From Rhizaria sp. SCN 62-66 (lineage: Eukaryota), in contig MEDY01000268.1 of the NCBI GenBank assembly GCA_001724265.1, forward strand, positions 1-64,000: a DNA stretch of 64,000 nt, given 5' to 3'. The position numbers and the translations under genes are program-made. The notes under the pieces were generated by a model, which saw only the letters and a list, made by a program, of their open reading frames with translations, did not search any database and was not told where the DNA came from. Below are positions 36,666 to 51,004 of the stretch, in pieces; positions within the stretch are counted from its first letter, which is position 1, and each line of letters starts with the position of its first letter.

Positions 36666-39600
36666 ATGCCTCGCATCGTTTTTCACGCGCGGCTCCTGGC
36701 TTTGACAGCGGGCGCAGCTCTTCTGACACTCATCTCCGCTCCCTGGGCTTTCGTGACTGCCACCCATGTAGCTGGCTCAAGCTCGACGACCGCTGCCGCC
36801 GCGCCTATTGGTCTCGAGGGTGAGTCATTTCACGAGAGCGTCGTGCTTGACCCGCTCCCCGACCACAACACGCTTACCTTGTTCCAGTTTACCATGACGC
36901 ACCCCGTCTCCGACCGTAGCAGTGCAGGTACCAGTGCTTCTTCTTCTTCTTCTTCGTCCTCGTCTTACTCCGCGTTCCCGCGCGCGCTGGGCGAGCTGCT
37001 GGATGCGGCGGGGCCCGCATACGTGCGCCTGACGCTCACACAGGGCCGTTGGCACTCCGACCGCTGGGGACCGCGCTACGTCTCGAGCTACAACCCCGCG
37101 CCTCCAGTCACAGGCAACAGCAGCAATGCGACGGAGCAGAGGGACTCGGTCCTGCCGGCGCCGCTGGACGGGCTTGACACGCGTCCCGCCCCGCCGGGCG
37201 CGGTGCTCGACGTTGCGTTCCCTCCTTTGTTCACCCCCAGTAACAGCAGCAGTGCGGGAGCGCAGCAGAGTGCGCGCAACGGCGGTGATCTGCGGCCGCA
37301 GATGACGGCACGCGAGGGCCAGGCGTACGCCGCGCTCACGGGCGGACTCGCGGGGCTGTTTTGCACCTCGCTGACTGTGCTGTCCACTGGTAAAGATGTC
37401 GCTGCTGTCCTCACGCCCTCTGCAGCCGCCCACGGTCACTCTGCTGCTCACAGTCACTCTGCTCACGGTCATTCGCCGGCGTGGGTGTTCCGCGCGAGTC
37501 TCCCGACCGAGGCCGTGTGCACCGAGAACCTCTCCGCGGCGACGCGTCTGCTGCCGTGCCGCGCGCACTCCGGACTGGCTGCGCTTGTCAAGGCCGCGAA
37601 CGTGCTCGCCGCAAACAGCTATCTCTCCATCGCACTCACGGCCTCGCGCCAGCAGGGCTTCTCGCACCGGCAGGACTCGCAACGCCAGCAGGCGGCGCTG
37701 TCGCTTTGGCGTGTGAGTGTGACGGTGGCCGCGGTCGTGCCCACGGTTACGCTCGTGTCGCCCACGCTCGGCTACACGCCCGCTGGCGGGCTCGCGAAAG
37801 CCGCTGCGGCCACGGCCGGCTCCGACGGCTCCGTCATCTCCCTCCTCGAAGCCTGGTCCCGCACCACCCGCGCTAGCGGCAGCAAAGGCGCGAACTCCGC
37901 GTCGTTTGCAGTGGAGCGCTGCCCCGTTGCGGCGGCGTCGGCCGTGTGGTTCCACCTCAACCCGTGGCTAGTGGCCCACGCGGCTGCGCGCCGCGACGGA
38001 TACGTCGCGCTGCCCGCCGCGCCCACCGCGGCCTACATTACTGCGGGCGCAGGTGCGGACGTCAGCGCTGACGTCAGCAAGGCGAGCTTGACGTGGGGCG
38101 TTCCCTTGCACACTCTGCCGTTCAGCGCTCTGCAGTCCGGCGCTGGCGTCATCAGTGCGCAGCAGTCGATCACGCTGTCGATGGCCCGCGGCAGCGGCGG
38201 CGGCCTTGTGATCGGCCCTCCGCAGACGGCACCAGCGGCTGCGAGCGGCATTAACGCGGTGGCAGTGTGCTCGCTGTGGGCGCAGTACGATCTCCTTACG
38301 CACGCAAACAACGACAACAGCAGCGCCGCTGCTGCGGGGGTTGGTGTTCCTGTGTTCGCTGTCAACCACCGCGCCGTCCGCGTCGCGCCCCCCATGGCCA
38401 CCGCGGCCGTCGTTGCGCGCGCCGCCGCTCTCCCGGGCACCGCCGGCTCTAGCGCAAGCACTAGCGCAGGCGCCAACACAGGCGCGGTCGCGGACGCTGG
38501 CTTGACTGTGGGCGGCGACAATATCAACATCGCTGTGGAGGCCTCGAAGCGGCTTAACTTTGACTCGCAACTGCAGCACCAGGGCCCGCCCGTGGTGGCG
38601 TCGGCCGCGGTTACGGGGACGAGTCTGCGCCACAGCAGCCTCAAAATCCGCTTTGAGACCGACGCCCGCGCCAGTCAGTACTTGGGCGCCGCGGGCAGTG
38701 CGACCGCGGAAGTCGACGGCGGGTTTGTGGTACAGGCGACAGTGGTGCTGCCCTGGTGGGTGGGCGCCGTGTTCACGCACGAGATCTCCACTTCCGTCTC
38801 TGTCGCCACGGCGTCCACCGCGAAGCCAGCTTCTGTTGCTTCTGATGCTGCTGGTGCTGCTGCTGCGGTCAAGACAGCGCCGGCTGTGTCCGAGCAGCAG
38901 CACCGCGGTGGCGTGGCGTTGTACTACCACAACCCGTTCTTGCGCGCGCTGACGGTCCGCGACCGCGCGCACAGCGCGGCGTGGCGCGCGGCGGCGACGT
39001 TCCTGTCCGAGGAGAGCGGGACGCCACCCAACACCGCGCTGGTGCGCCAGTTGGGCCGCTCGCGTCCCGCCGCCGCCGAGGCCGTGCCAGTCAACTGGGC
39101 AGAGCTGTTGGTGAGCAAGAAAAACGAGCAGCGCCGCAGCGATGAGGCTGACCAGCTGCGCACCGCGCGCCGCGTCGCGCTACACGAGCAACAACAACAG
39201 TAGCAGCAGCAGCAGCGACAACAACAACAGGAAAAGAAGAAGGGCGGTGCAGGCAGCTCAAGCGACGCGGCTCGTGGGACGCTGGGCCGGATTGGCTCGC
39301 TAGATACGGTCGCAGAGAGCCAGGTCGTCGCCGTGTGGATCCAGCGGCCCGAGCCCGCGCCCGTGTTGTCGAGTCTGCTCGCGCGCGCCGTACTCGCACT
39401 GCTGCCCGAGAGCAATCTCAGCGCGCTAAGTACCCCCTTAGACAGCGCGCGCGCGCCGACCGTGGTGCACATCTTCGCGACCGTGCCCTTCGTCTCCCAG
39501 CGCATTCTGGCGGCTGCCGACGACGACAACAGCATTGGCGCCACTGTGCGCGCGGCAGTGGAGGTCGAGGTGCCGTTCGAGAAGGCACTGCTGACGTTGG

Positions 39601-40271
39601 ACGCGTATCCGCCCGACGTTTCGCGCGGTTTCGACCTGCCGCCAGTCGCAACTGCAGTGCTGGGCACGTTCGCACTCGGGCCCTTGGCTGCTTCGCCGTT
39701 CACGGCCGCGTCCGCGAACGAGGGCTTCGACCAGGACGCCCTGGTGGTCGCCGCGGCCGCGCGCGTGCCTGGCGCGTGGCAACGCTACGCGTTCGCGCCC
39801 TTTGCGGGCGACGTTGTGGAGAGCTTCGTGGGCGGGCTGATCGTGCAGCTGCCGTATCCGGACGCGAGCATGCCATTTAACGCCATCGCAGTTGTGTGCA
39901 CCGTCATCGCCTTCTTCTTCGGCTCGCTCTTCAACCTGCTGTACAACTCTGACGACGACTTCGTGCTGTTGCAGCGCAGCAACAAGCTCATCCGCAAATG
40001 CGCCAAGCGGCCTGACACGGCCGCCGCAGCCGCGACTGCGACTGGTGGCTGTGAGAGCGGCGGCGAGAGTGACGGCGACGGCGCCTGTGAGCCGGACAAA
40101 GACGAGGCGGTGGGTGTGGCCATCAGTGAGGCAGCGCTTGCGGCACGCCGGACCGCGGCTGCCGCGACAGCCGCAGTCACCGGGTCCGCAGTCGCCGGGG
40201 CTGTGCCCAGCGCCGCCGAGGACAACGTCAAAGTGGCGGTGGAGGCTGTCTCAAAGACTGTGGATGCTTGA
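36666..40271 (+). CDS. PIGT: GPI transamidase component PIG-T/Gpi16, about 1201 aa, in-frame TAG at 39201-39203
   Basis: Signal peptide, FPRALGE, LTLTQGRW, LAGLFCTSL and EAVCTENL...LLPC lie before the TAG. YPPDVSRGFDL and LPYPDASMPFNAIAVVCTVIAFFFGSLFNLL (membrane anchor) lie after it in the same frame. Ends in TGA. Confidence 0.88.
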
Positions 40272-43200
40272 ACTGCGCTGAGTTAAGGACGCTTGTGTGA
40301 GCGCGTAGATCGCTTCAAATGTGAAAGGGTCTTTTCTTGTTCAAAATCGTAATAATTTGGCATCTTCGGTCCATATTTTATGTTTACTACTTATGGGGCC
40401 TTCAAAGCATGATCGAGAGTATATCATATGATATCAATACAATGAAACAACTGAAAGAAATTCGGAATTTTGTGGCGGGATGGCGCTGTATTGAGGCATA
40501 TTAGAACGGAATAGAGTTACCTAAACGTGTTCGCGACGCGTCAACGTGAAACAGCGGCCATCTGGGTTCTGAAAGTGCAACTTCAGAACGAAGCGGAATT
40601 TTCGTGGTGATACACGCAGCTGTCAACATGACGAGTACCTAGCGTGCGAATTGAGTGACTGCATATCAAGATAAGAGTGACATTTAAACAGTGACAGGAC
40701 ATTTGATTTGACAAACATTGGGAAAACGCGATCCCGCGACAGAACCCTGCGGACAGAGATTTCGCTTATATCATAAACCACCAGCAAGAAAGAGCTTAAG
40801 GGCACATGACAGCGAAAAGTGAGGGTCCGCAGAGACATCGACGTAGGGAAAGGCAGAGTGCGGGAGCAGGGCTAGTTGGCAACCACAGCCACAGAAACGT
40901 GCGGACGCGCTGGGGTGGGTTAGCAAGGAGGCATAAAAGAACAAACAAGCAACAAATCAAAGGAATGAAGACTAAACACGTCTATCTTTGATTTTGCTAT
41001 TGACAATACATAAACACTTTAAAACAATTCTGCAAATGTGTGTTGATGTTTTGAGCTAGTTAAACGAGACTAATGTTAGTGAAACAGGAGTACTATGATT
41101 AAGGATGTTGGTGTCAACCAGTCGACAGAATGATGTTAGAGCTATTATGCTCACATGAACATGAAAAATCGACATACTTGACATGAGAAATGTTGTTGCT
41201 GAGTGAGCAAAACTTGTGTCACAAAAAAATAAAAAAAACTGTTGAAGCGAACGCACGGCGATTCCTTGCTATTGATGCAGCATGCATGCAACAATGGCGT
41301 CACTGTGAGAGTGCGAGGGCAGGGTGTCACAAATCAAAAGTACAGAGAAGAATGGACTAACATAGAGAGAATGAATTCAAGAATTGGTTACAACCAGGCA
41401 CATAAGAGACGTGTCAAGTTGCAAACGACTCGATGCAAACTTGAGTTCAAGTTCAACCTCCTTGTGAAGCTTGAACTTTAAAGAGCAGTTAGCACAGAGG
41501 CAGAAGAAAGGGATGTGGGGGGGGAGAGTCACGCAGGGGTAACAGTGCCTTAACAGTTGATCACAATAGCATCATTAAAGACTGTGCTACAACAGCGAAT
41601 GAATATCATTAACATATCACTAACAAACAAGTTAACAAGAACAAGCATAAAACGATACATGACAAACACAAACACCAAAAAGAGAAAAGTAAAGTGCATC
41701 ATAAACAACACAGCAAAGTGAATAAAGAATACCAACAAGACAACGTATCTTTTTCATGTGATGCATGTATCAACTGTGACACGCGACGAACGCGACTCGC
41801 AGCATACTTGCATGTACACACAGAGAGACGGAGACGCGGAGAGAGATGTGCAGAGGCAAACATATGAGCCAAAGCACTGAAACCACGCAGTCAAAGATAT
41901 CAGGAGGAATTGCATCTACGGGCACAAAAACACCTACACAGAGAAAATTAAAGAGATCTCACAACACGATGGACGATGCAATAATACAACGTGTAATACG
42001 ACAGGTAAATTAAGCACAGAAGTGCGAAGCAGTAGGCGCAAGAAACAGTGAAAAAGCAACACAGAAGGGGTGACATGAAACATCACACAATGAGACACAT
42101 ATTCAAATTAAAAAAATACATCACATCACAACATACTACATGACTAAAACATCGCCTCATGTACGTGTGAGAGGAGCTATCTGCTCCCGCCACTCACACG
42201 TAAAACGAGGCTTACTGTGGGAGCAGCAGCCGCGATAGGGCAGGGAGATGACTGAAAATAACTCAGCACCGCGAGTCTGGACGCGGTCAAGTGACAAAAG
42301 CACCCGAGCGCACGCGAAAGCACGGTTACCGGTGTCAGTGACAGCGAGAACAGCAACAATAACGCGTGCCTACAGCAGCAGTTGGAGTGGCAGCGGACTC
42401 AAGCAAGGCGCATAAGAGAAAGGAACAGTCAGCTCAAGAAAGTGAGCACATATTTGCACAGGAAAGCACACCGGTCGTCCGGTTGAAACAAGCCAGGCAG
42501 TTGCTTCACCCCAATCGTATTGCCGACCGTGGAAATCAAGTGAACGCAACATGCATGTGAATCGGTGCGACGTATTGGGAAGAAAAAAATGTTGCTGAAA
42601 ATGAGAACAATATCGACAAACATAAAAACACATACCAGTGCGCCGCGCGACAACAATAATCGCGGACCAGGCGTGAGATATATCAGATACGCGTCACAAA
42701 TACACTGTTGAAAGCCAGGGCCGCAGGGAATCACAACCTGCGGGTGCCGACTTCTCACAAAGCAAGAGAAAAAAATGTCCAATAGACGTGAGGATGACAC
42801 GGGCGTGGCGCACATCCATCGTGGAGGATTCAACTTGCTGAGTAACTTAACACGCAAAAGACTGACAAACAATAGTCAGTCTTGATGATATCTTGGGATG
42901 ACACAACTCTGTAAGACAACAAAGCAACGATGACTATGATGACGAGGGATGGTGTTACATTCAGGGCGCGCAGTAGAGATCAGGGTTAGCAGCAGCGTCG
43001 GCGAACGAAGAGCTCTCAGAATACAGGAAGAATCATGAGTTGTTGTGTGACGGCAAGGAACAACACATAACAAACATCGGGGGTCTCACAAATTACACAG
43101 GATGTGTGGACAGCAACTGTACAAATGTACATAGATTCACAAGGACGACCAGGAACAGCAGGTGCATCTACGAGTGAAGTGTACGTGGAGGCGAGGAAAC

Positions 43201-43547
43201 ACACAGAACAAGAGCGCTAATGCGCGCCGACAAAAAGACGTTACAAACATTCCTAGTCGCCGGGCAAGCACAGGAGACTATAGACAAAGGTCGAGGACCA
43301 TGCAGAGGAGTCAACCTCACCGAGCACGCGCAAGCACTAGCGCGGCTAAACTTCCCAGCTCCACTGCGGACAGCAAGGATACCGGCACCAGCAGGACCCA
43401 AACGGGTACCTTTCAAAGACGCTGTTCCAAGTGCGATTAGTGAAATAAAAGTATGGAGCACCATGTTGATCATACAAATAAATGTACGAGAATAAAGAGC
43501 GCATGGAACAGTGAAATGGCGTTGAACCCGAGCAAAACAGAAAAGTG

Positions 43548-43581
<34 letters not shown>
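43548..43581 (+). repeat. Poly(A) tract, about 34 nt
   Basis: Uninterrupted A run read directly from the sequence. Confidence 0.9.
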
Positions 43582-43582
<1 letters not shown>

Positions 43583-44326
43583 GAGTGAAGCACCAGCATA
43601 TTCAAATCAACGCGTGTGCGGAGACTAACCCAATTAAAAGAAACCGACACAATCCTATATTTGAAAAGAGATAATTTTGTCACGGTGGAGTAAACGTTGA
43701 GCAGGATCGCGAGTCATTAAGCTAGACATGAGCTACATACATGAAACAAATAATTGAGGGTCAGCAACAGCGAGGAATTTGTGTCTCCATGAAGAGTGCT
43801 ATGTGCAGCGAAAGGCGTCATAAAAGACGGCGTGTAAAGAAAGAAACACGAGTTCGACACATGTACAATTGATGGTACACATGGCGAACAACGACTAAAA
43901 ACGCATATCAACCTCTCATTGAGTGGCGTAACGACCACAAAAAAAAGGCGACATACAGATGAGAAAGAGTAATAACTTGATAACCTAATTGAAGGATATG
44001 ACCGTTGATAAAAAATTATTGGAGCATCTGCTTTAAGACAGCTGCGCGTCTCGGTATCAGGGTAATCACACACCCTTGATCTGCTTCCCCAAGGTATCAC
44101 AGAGACACGAAACACACAGCTGGCAACGGAAAAACGGCAAAAAGCTCCACAGACAACAAACTTGAATCAAAAAAAATGTAGGATGAAGAGTAGGAGGACT
44201 GTGACATAAAAAAGAGGAGCTATACAAGAAATAATGCGACATAACAGCAACTCTCAAAGAAAACTAAGAACATTGTCCGAACATGCAAGTGCAGATTGCA
44301 CATCGGCCAATGATACACGGATGCGC

Positions 44327-47300
44327 TTATTTGTGCTTAGACCACAATTGATCAGCGATGGCGTGGTTCGGCTCTGCGTCCGAGCCGGAGCTCGAGTTGG
44401 CACTGAAGTCAAAACTTGCAGTCGAACACCCGTCGGGTGCAGGTGTCGCAGCCATGTTCACGGTGCTGCCTCCCAGAGCTCTCACAACATTCGCGTCGGT
44501 GGAAACCACGGTCGCCGCCGTAGAGTTAGCGCACATCGCACCGCTGATACGGAGAGCACCAGTGTCCGCGCTCGCGGCAGCGCCAGCGTCGGTGTTGATG
44601 TGCGTGTAGCTCTTCCGCCGGGGGACCTCGATGCCCATCGCACCGCCCCACCAGGCCCCAGTGCCAATGTCTTGGCACCGAAACAACCCGCCATTTCGCC
44701 TACCCAGGTTTGCGCATATCTCCACGCTCGGAGCCGCGCCCGAAAACGCGCCGCCGGTCGCGTGGACGTCGTCGACGATGCGCGGCGGGAGCAGTAGTGG
44801 CGACTGCGGCTGCCCTGCGGGCGGCTGCGTCGGCGCGATCGCCAACTGCTGCAAAGCGTCCGACTCGTTCGAGGGCGAGGCAGGGTGCGAATGGAAAAAG
44901 ATGCCGTACTCGACCGCGAGCTCCGACTCCGGCAGCGCAAGGCTGACGTTGCTGCTGTTCTGGCTGATGCCATTACCGCTACTCACGGCTGTGCTCGCGG
45001 GCAGCGCGGGGTGCCGCTCGCTCTGATCGCGCGGCTGCAGCATGACCCGCTGCAGCAACTGCTGCTGCTCCAGTTGGAGCTCCAGCTGCAGCTGAATCAG
45101 CGCCGGGGACGGCGAGATGTTGATAGGGGGGCCAAACATAAGCGGCGACAGCGACTGCGACTGCTTCTGTGCATGAGCCTGGTGCAAGTTGAGCGCCACC
45201 GGCGGCCGACCAACCGAGCGCGTCCAACCGACCGAGAGCGGCTGCGCCTGCGAGATAGACTGCGTCGGCAGCGCTTGACCGGAGAGCGAGAGCGTTGCCT
45301 TAACGTCGACGGGCTGCGGGGGCCAGGGTGAGAGCGTGAGTGAAAGCGAGCTCGTGAGCGCCTGCGAGAGCGACTGTGCGCGCGCCTCGGTGGCCACGGT
45401 CATCACCGCCGGCCCCTGCTGCTGCCGCGCCAGCCGCTCCTGCTCGCGCTCGCGCTCGCGCTCGGTTCCGGCCGCGTCGCCGCCCGTGGCTACGCTCGCG
45501 TCGACAGCGCAGAAGTCGGTGGCCCTGGAGTTGGCGCTCGCGAAGAGTGCCCACGCGGGCGACGTCGACGCGGACGAGTCAGCCGACGACGACGAGGACG
45601 TCGGTGACGACAGCAGCGACGACGCGGAGTACAGCTCGGGCGCAGACAGTCCGCCGGCGGGCGATCCCGGCGGCGCTGTCGTCAGGACCGAAGCCTGTTC
45701 CGGGGGTGTCACGGTCAAAATAACCTGTGACGACTGCGCGATGCACTGTTGCAGCTGCAGCTGTGGCTGTTGCTGTTGCGCCATGGGTAACAAGGACAGG
45801 GTCACGCCCGCGGCCTGCTGGAGCAAGAACGGCTTCGCAAGCGGCGCGGCCGCGGCGGCGGCTGTGGCGGGAGAGTGCGCCGGCGTAACCGTTGCGGGGG
45901 CGAAACTGAAGCCGCAGCCGGGCGCAGCGTTGGGAGACTTCCCAAGAGCCGTGCAAAACACGCCGGCAGCGTCAGTGGCAACGCGGGCACCGACAACGTT
46001 GGCGGAGACGCTGTTGTTGGCGTCGTCGTTCTTGCAGTCGGTCATCAGTGTCGCGCCGCCGGCAGCAGCGGAGGCGCTGGCGGGCGCTGAGGAGAGCACG
46101 CACAGCCTGCGCGCTGCTTGCGCCCGCACTGCGTCGTCGGCAGCAGCAGTACTACCAGTAACGGCTGGAACAGAGATACATGTAGTCATGGACACGGGCA
46201 CGTCGTCGTCGCGAATGACATCTGCACCGTCACTCTCATTGTCACTAGCACCGTCGCCGTCGCTGCCACCGTCGCAGTCGCTGTCGCCGCCGCTGTCATC
46301 GCCACGTTGGACGCCACGATGAAAGCCGCGCTGATAGCCGCCAGCAGGGACGTGCGCCGCGTGCGCCGCCAGCGGCTGTGGCGACCGCACATGGGCGGAC
46401 CTGCCCAAGACGGGCACCCGCAGCGCGTGCACGCCGTCGTCGTCTCTGCTGTCGTCTCTGCAGTCGTCGTCGCTGTCATTGGGGAGGGCACGCTTGTGCG
46501 AGCGACCCCGGTCGCGACGACCCCGGTCGCGGTCGCGGTGGGTCGTGCAGTGGGCAGGGACGTCACCGCCGGCGGCGCAGAGCGCGGCTCGGCGGCTCGG
46601 CGGCTGGCTCGTGTCGGTCGCGTTTTCGGCGCCATCAGCAGTAGCTGCAGCAGCAGCAGTGAAGCTGCTCTGCAGCGAGAGATTGATAGCGCGCGCCGAG
46701 GTGAGGCCAGTAAAGGGCTCGGTCTCCGAGTCCGACGCAGCGCCGTTGTCGTTGCTGTTGCCCGCGCGGTCGTCGGTGGCCGCGATGTGCGCGACGGCCG
46801 CCGCGTCGAAGTCGGCGTCGGTCGTCCCGACGACCACAGCCCCCGCGGTGGGGGTCGTGGGGTCCGCGGCCACACTTCCAACGTCAATCATAATCTCAGT
46901 CGCTACGACTGCTGCCGCGGCAGCGATGGTTGCGTTCTGAGGCGGGGACGAATCAGTCGTGGGGAGTTCAGTGGGGGTTGAGACCATGGCGGACCGGCAG
47001 AGACCAGCAGTCCTAACAAATCAAACGCAACATATATGAAGATTAACATTAGCGGCGAATGAAAATAAATTACCAAAATATTGCTATATCGTGAATATAC
47101 ATAGAATTAAAACCTGATTTTGAAGTATATCGTGAGAATTCTTCGGTTAAGTTTGTCGAACCGTGTGTTCTGTGATTGTCGTACCTGGCTCGAGAGCTGG
47201 GCCGCGAAAGAGCGCCCCACTTCTGCTGTTGTTCCTGTTGCTGCTGCTGTTGCGCCGCGGCGCGCGGAGCCGGCGAAACCTCAAACGCGCTGGCGGCGTC

Positions 47301-48194
47301 GCTGGCGCTGGACCCGCTGAGCGCCGAGTCGCTGTGGTCGTCGCCGTGGCTATCTCCGCGCTGCCACTCCTCCTGCAGCGCGGCCAGAGCGAGCGACGAC
47401 TTGTGCGTCGGCCACCGCAGGCTCAAGACGCCCGCCGCCGCGGCCAAAGAGTCCGTGTGGGCGGGGGCGTCGGTGGCGTTTGCGGCGGCGGCGGGGGCCG
47501 CGTGCGCGCCGCTGCTGGGAGGCGCAGATGGGCAGTGCGCGATGGTTACGTCGCAGGAGATATTATCGGCGGGACGCGGAACCGGCGCGGACGGCTTCGA
47601 GTGCGCGTGAAGACTGGGTTGCATGCTCGGGGAATAAACCCGCACCGCTGCGGCAACTCGGACGATGCTATGCTCTGAAGGAGGCGCGGTGTAGGCAGAG
47701 TGCGGTTGAGTCAACGGGAGCGGGGTGGCAGTTGTGATGGGAGGCACGTCCTGATCTTCGCGAAGTGACCTGGAAACGAGGCACGGTGACGGATCGTTGG
47801 CATGTATTTCCTTGAGCACGGCCGCGCCTGTGAGGTACATGCTCTTGGTAAACGTTCCGGGGGTCGTACCGTTGAAACTGGGGCGGCAGGGCGGGAGGAC
47901 GCCACGGCCAAGGAGAGCAGGCGAAGGCGTAACCAGGGTGGAAGTCGAGCAGGCAGCACATTTCCCACAGTTCTGCCCTGCACATGCACCTACATTAGGA
48001 ATAAACGGAACTCCTGTCGTACCGTCGTGCGTGTGCATGGACTTATGCTGGTTTTTGAGCACAGAACTGTCAACGGGAAGTGGGGGCGTCTCCGAGGAGG
48101 TTCGCCATTCGTTGGCGGACGCGAATCTGGACTGCAGAGCCGACGAGGAAATTACGGCGCTCGCCGACGCATCTGTGGCATTAGAATCAGCCAT
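44327..48194 (-). CDS. Hypothetical low-complexity (Ala/Ser/Gln/Pro/Asp-rich) protein; 2 exons (48194-47185, 47012-44327), about 1231 aa
   Basis: Two long minus-strand ORFs joined in frame by a 172-nt AT-rich GTACG...TAG intron (AG|G). No domain recognised. Ends in TAA. Confidence 0.6.
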
Positions 48195-48559
48195 CTGCAA
48201 AACTCGTATCTGTGACACTCCTATCACCTAATAGATTATGCAAAATACCAAGTATGGATGTCTAAAAGTGCGAATCAAAAGAGATGCAAGCAGGGGTTAG
48301 GGAGGTGGGCGAGGAATTTGAAAGAGGAGTTAACACAATGCCCAGTCACTGTTCGGGCGTAATTGTGCAGTATAATATGAAAAACAAGCCATAGTATCTA
48401 ATTTAATCAAATGCACTAGTTTTCACTCAAACAAAATCACCTAACGACTCATTTCCTTATGGGCAGGAACGGATCTGAAGCGGCCTAACTTTGGCGACAA
48501 GCCTGATATCATGATAGGTCTCCTTATCGGAGACAAAATCAGGAATTCGGCTACTCTAT

Positions 48560-48597
48560 AGCGCCATGTGGGCACTTTAGCGCCATGTGGGCACTTT
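48560..48597. repeat. Perfect 19-bp tandem duplication (agcgccatgtgggcacttt x2)
   Basis: Direct reading of the sequence. Confidence 0.85.
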
Positions 48598-49435
48598 GCA
48601 ACGGCACGTTTCTGATTAATCTAGCATTTCCGCGTTAACTATTATATTCTTGCACCAATAATTATTCATACATTGCTTATTTTATCCTGATTTCAGACTA
48701 ATATGCATTCTCCCTACTTGGCAAAGCAGCTGGGCTCATTATCAGCCGAACAAAAAGTGATCGTTTTAGCAGACGACGCAACTCCTAGCATCATGCTCAC
48801 TGATGACGTTCTCCATTGCCACATCAACCTTGCTCTCAACCTCGCCATCAAAGTTGGCTTGATGTGGTATTACGGTGAGATTCTTCCCGACAATTCTTAA
48901 GTACTTTTCTCACTGATAACCATTTCAATCTGAAACAAAATTCAGATAACTGTTTTGATTGTAATTCTTGTATTTTAATATATTTTTTTCGTTTTTCAAT
49001 TCTTTGTTGTTCAATTACTTTTTTTTTTCTTTAAGACATTCCTCTTTCAGCCGTTACCATAATCGACCATCTAATTTTTTTAATGAAACTGTTGACTTAC
49101 ACCTCCAAAACATGAGGACAAACATTACAAATAAAACAGAGAAATAAGAGAATGAATGATATGCTTTATTGAACTCAAGAAGAGCGAATATATATCGCGA
49201 ATAAAAAGCTTCACGCTAACGAAAACTAGAAAATGTGAACGTCAAAGTCACCTGTAATCACACACAATGATACTTATACGAACATTAAAAAAGGCTATAC
49301 ATTAATGGTGCTACAAAACACAAATATGGAACCGTATTCACCGATTTGCAGCGCTCAACGCGGTTCAGAACATGTTTCTGATGGCACGTTCCGATGCGAC
49401 ACAGCATCTCAGCATCATATCGCTGCCTCTGCTGC

Positions 49436-50972
49436 TCAGATGTCCCCGATACCGATCATGGACTTCATGATCTTGGACAGCGACGGGTAGTTTGTGAGCA
49501 TGTGCTTGGGGTTGTTTTGCATCGCGCTCATAATCACGCCCATCGCAAGCGCGAAAAATCCGTAATCGATGTAGTGGATCTTGGGGAGCCAGCCCCACTT
49601 GCGGACGCACTTGTACGCCGACTGCAGCGCGGGTGACATGCAATAGATGGCGAGCTCGAGCCTGCGCGCCTTGCTCTCGAGCAGCACGGCCAGCCCAGCC
49701 ATCGGTCCGACCGTGATCCACGTGCTCGGGCCCGAGAGCATGTTAAGCCGCATCAACAGACAGCACATGGCCCAGGCGTTGGCGCAGTAGAGCGCGAGGA
49801 AAGCGGCGGAGCGAACGCACGAGCGAAGCAGCGCACGCATCGCGGCGACGGGGTCCTTGAGGAACGCGTGCCAGCGGAAGAGCACGACGGAGGTGAAGTT
49901 AAGCGGGAAGTAGAAGCGCAACGAGAGCTGGAAGAAGTGTTTGATCACGAAGCTGAAGTAGTGCGCCACGCAGCCCTGGCCCGGGTGCAGCACCGCGCAC
50001 GCGGGATGGCATTGCGCCTGAATAGACGGGTACAACGCAGCAGAATCAGCCGCAGAGTCAGGCACGGAGTCAGGCACAGAGTCAGAAGGTCGTTGTCGCA
50101 TCAAATACATACAGAGAGATAAAATGAGAGATATATGGGCTCAACATTAAGAAAACAGCAGTGTAACAATATATCATAGCAGAGTATATGCGTTTTTAAG
50201 AGAAAAACAACAGCTAAAGGAAGATATGCATGGCGATTTGGAGCGTACCTTGACAGTCTTGGTCTCTGGGTTGAGGAACTTGCTCCACTCGATCGCGCCG
50301 AGCCCGCGCGCGCGGCGGCACGCGTCAATGGCCGCGGTGTCCACGGGCAGCCCGCGGCCGGCGCTGGCGACCATGTTGATCGTCGGCTTCGTCTTCCAGC
50401 CGGCCATGAGCAGGAACTTAAGATACGAAGGCGGGAGTGTGTCCTGCTCGTAGATGTACGCGAAGAGGATGTGACACGCCGACAGACACAGCAGCGCCGT
50501 GTCGCCGTGACGGAAGCGCTTAAGCGGCGCGGGGTACCACGGCTGGTGGGTCGTGCCGTGGGCGAGGATGGCCATGGCGCGCACGAAGAGGTACACCGCG
50601 ATCGACGGCCGGTCCGCGGGCTTGAGCGCGGCGATGCTGCCTGCCGCGATAGCGCCCGAGAGGAACGACGGAAGGTGGCCCTTCTCCTGCGGCAGCACGG
50701 CGTGGATGAGCCCCAGCATCGCCTTGTACGTCCCCGCGAAGCCGCCCAGGAAGAGACCGAACCGCAGCGACTGCTCGTTGAGCAGGGCCGACACCGATCG
50801 CGGGCGGCGCATAGAGATGATGTGACCAAGAAGCGCGACGACAACCTTAAGCCCCACGCCAATGCCAAAGTTGCGCACGGCGGAGACCAGCGCGTCCACC
50901 ACGGGGTGCCGGCGCGGGGACGAGGAGGCTGCGGCGGCGGCGTCGCTGCATTTGCGGGATGGGCCCTGCTGC

Positions 50973-51004
<32 letters not shown>

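Noticed and set aside
48703-48900. 65-aa ORF in AT-rich intergenic DNA
   Set aside because: Short, atypical codon usage for this genome and no recognisable motif.
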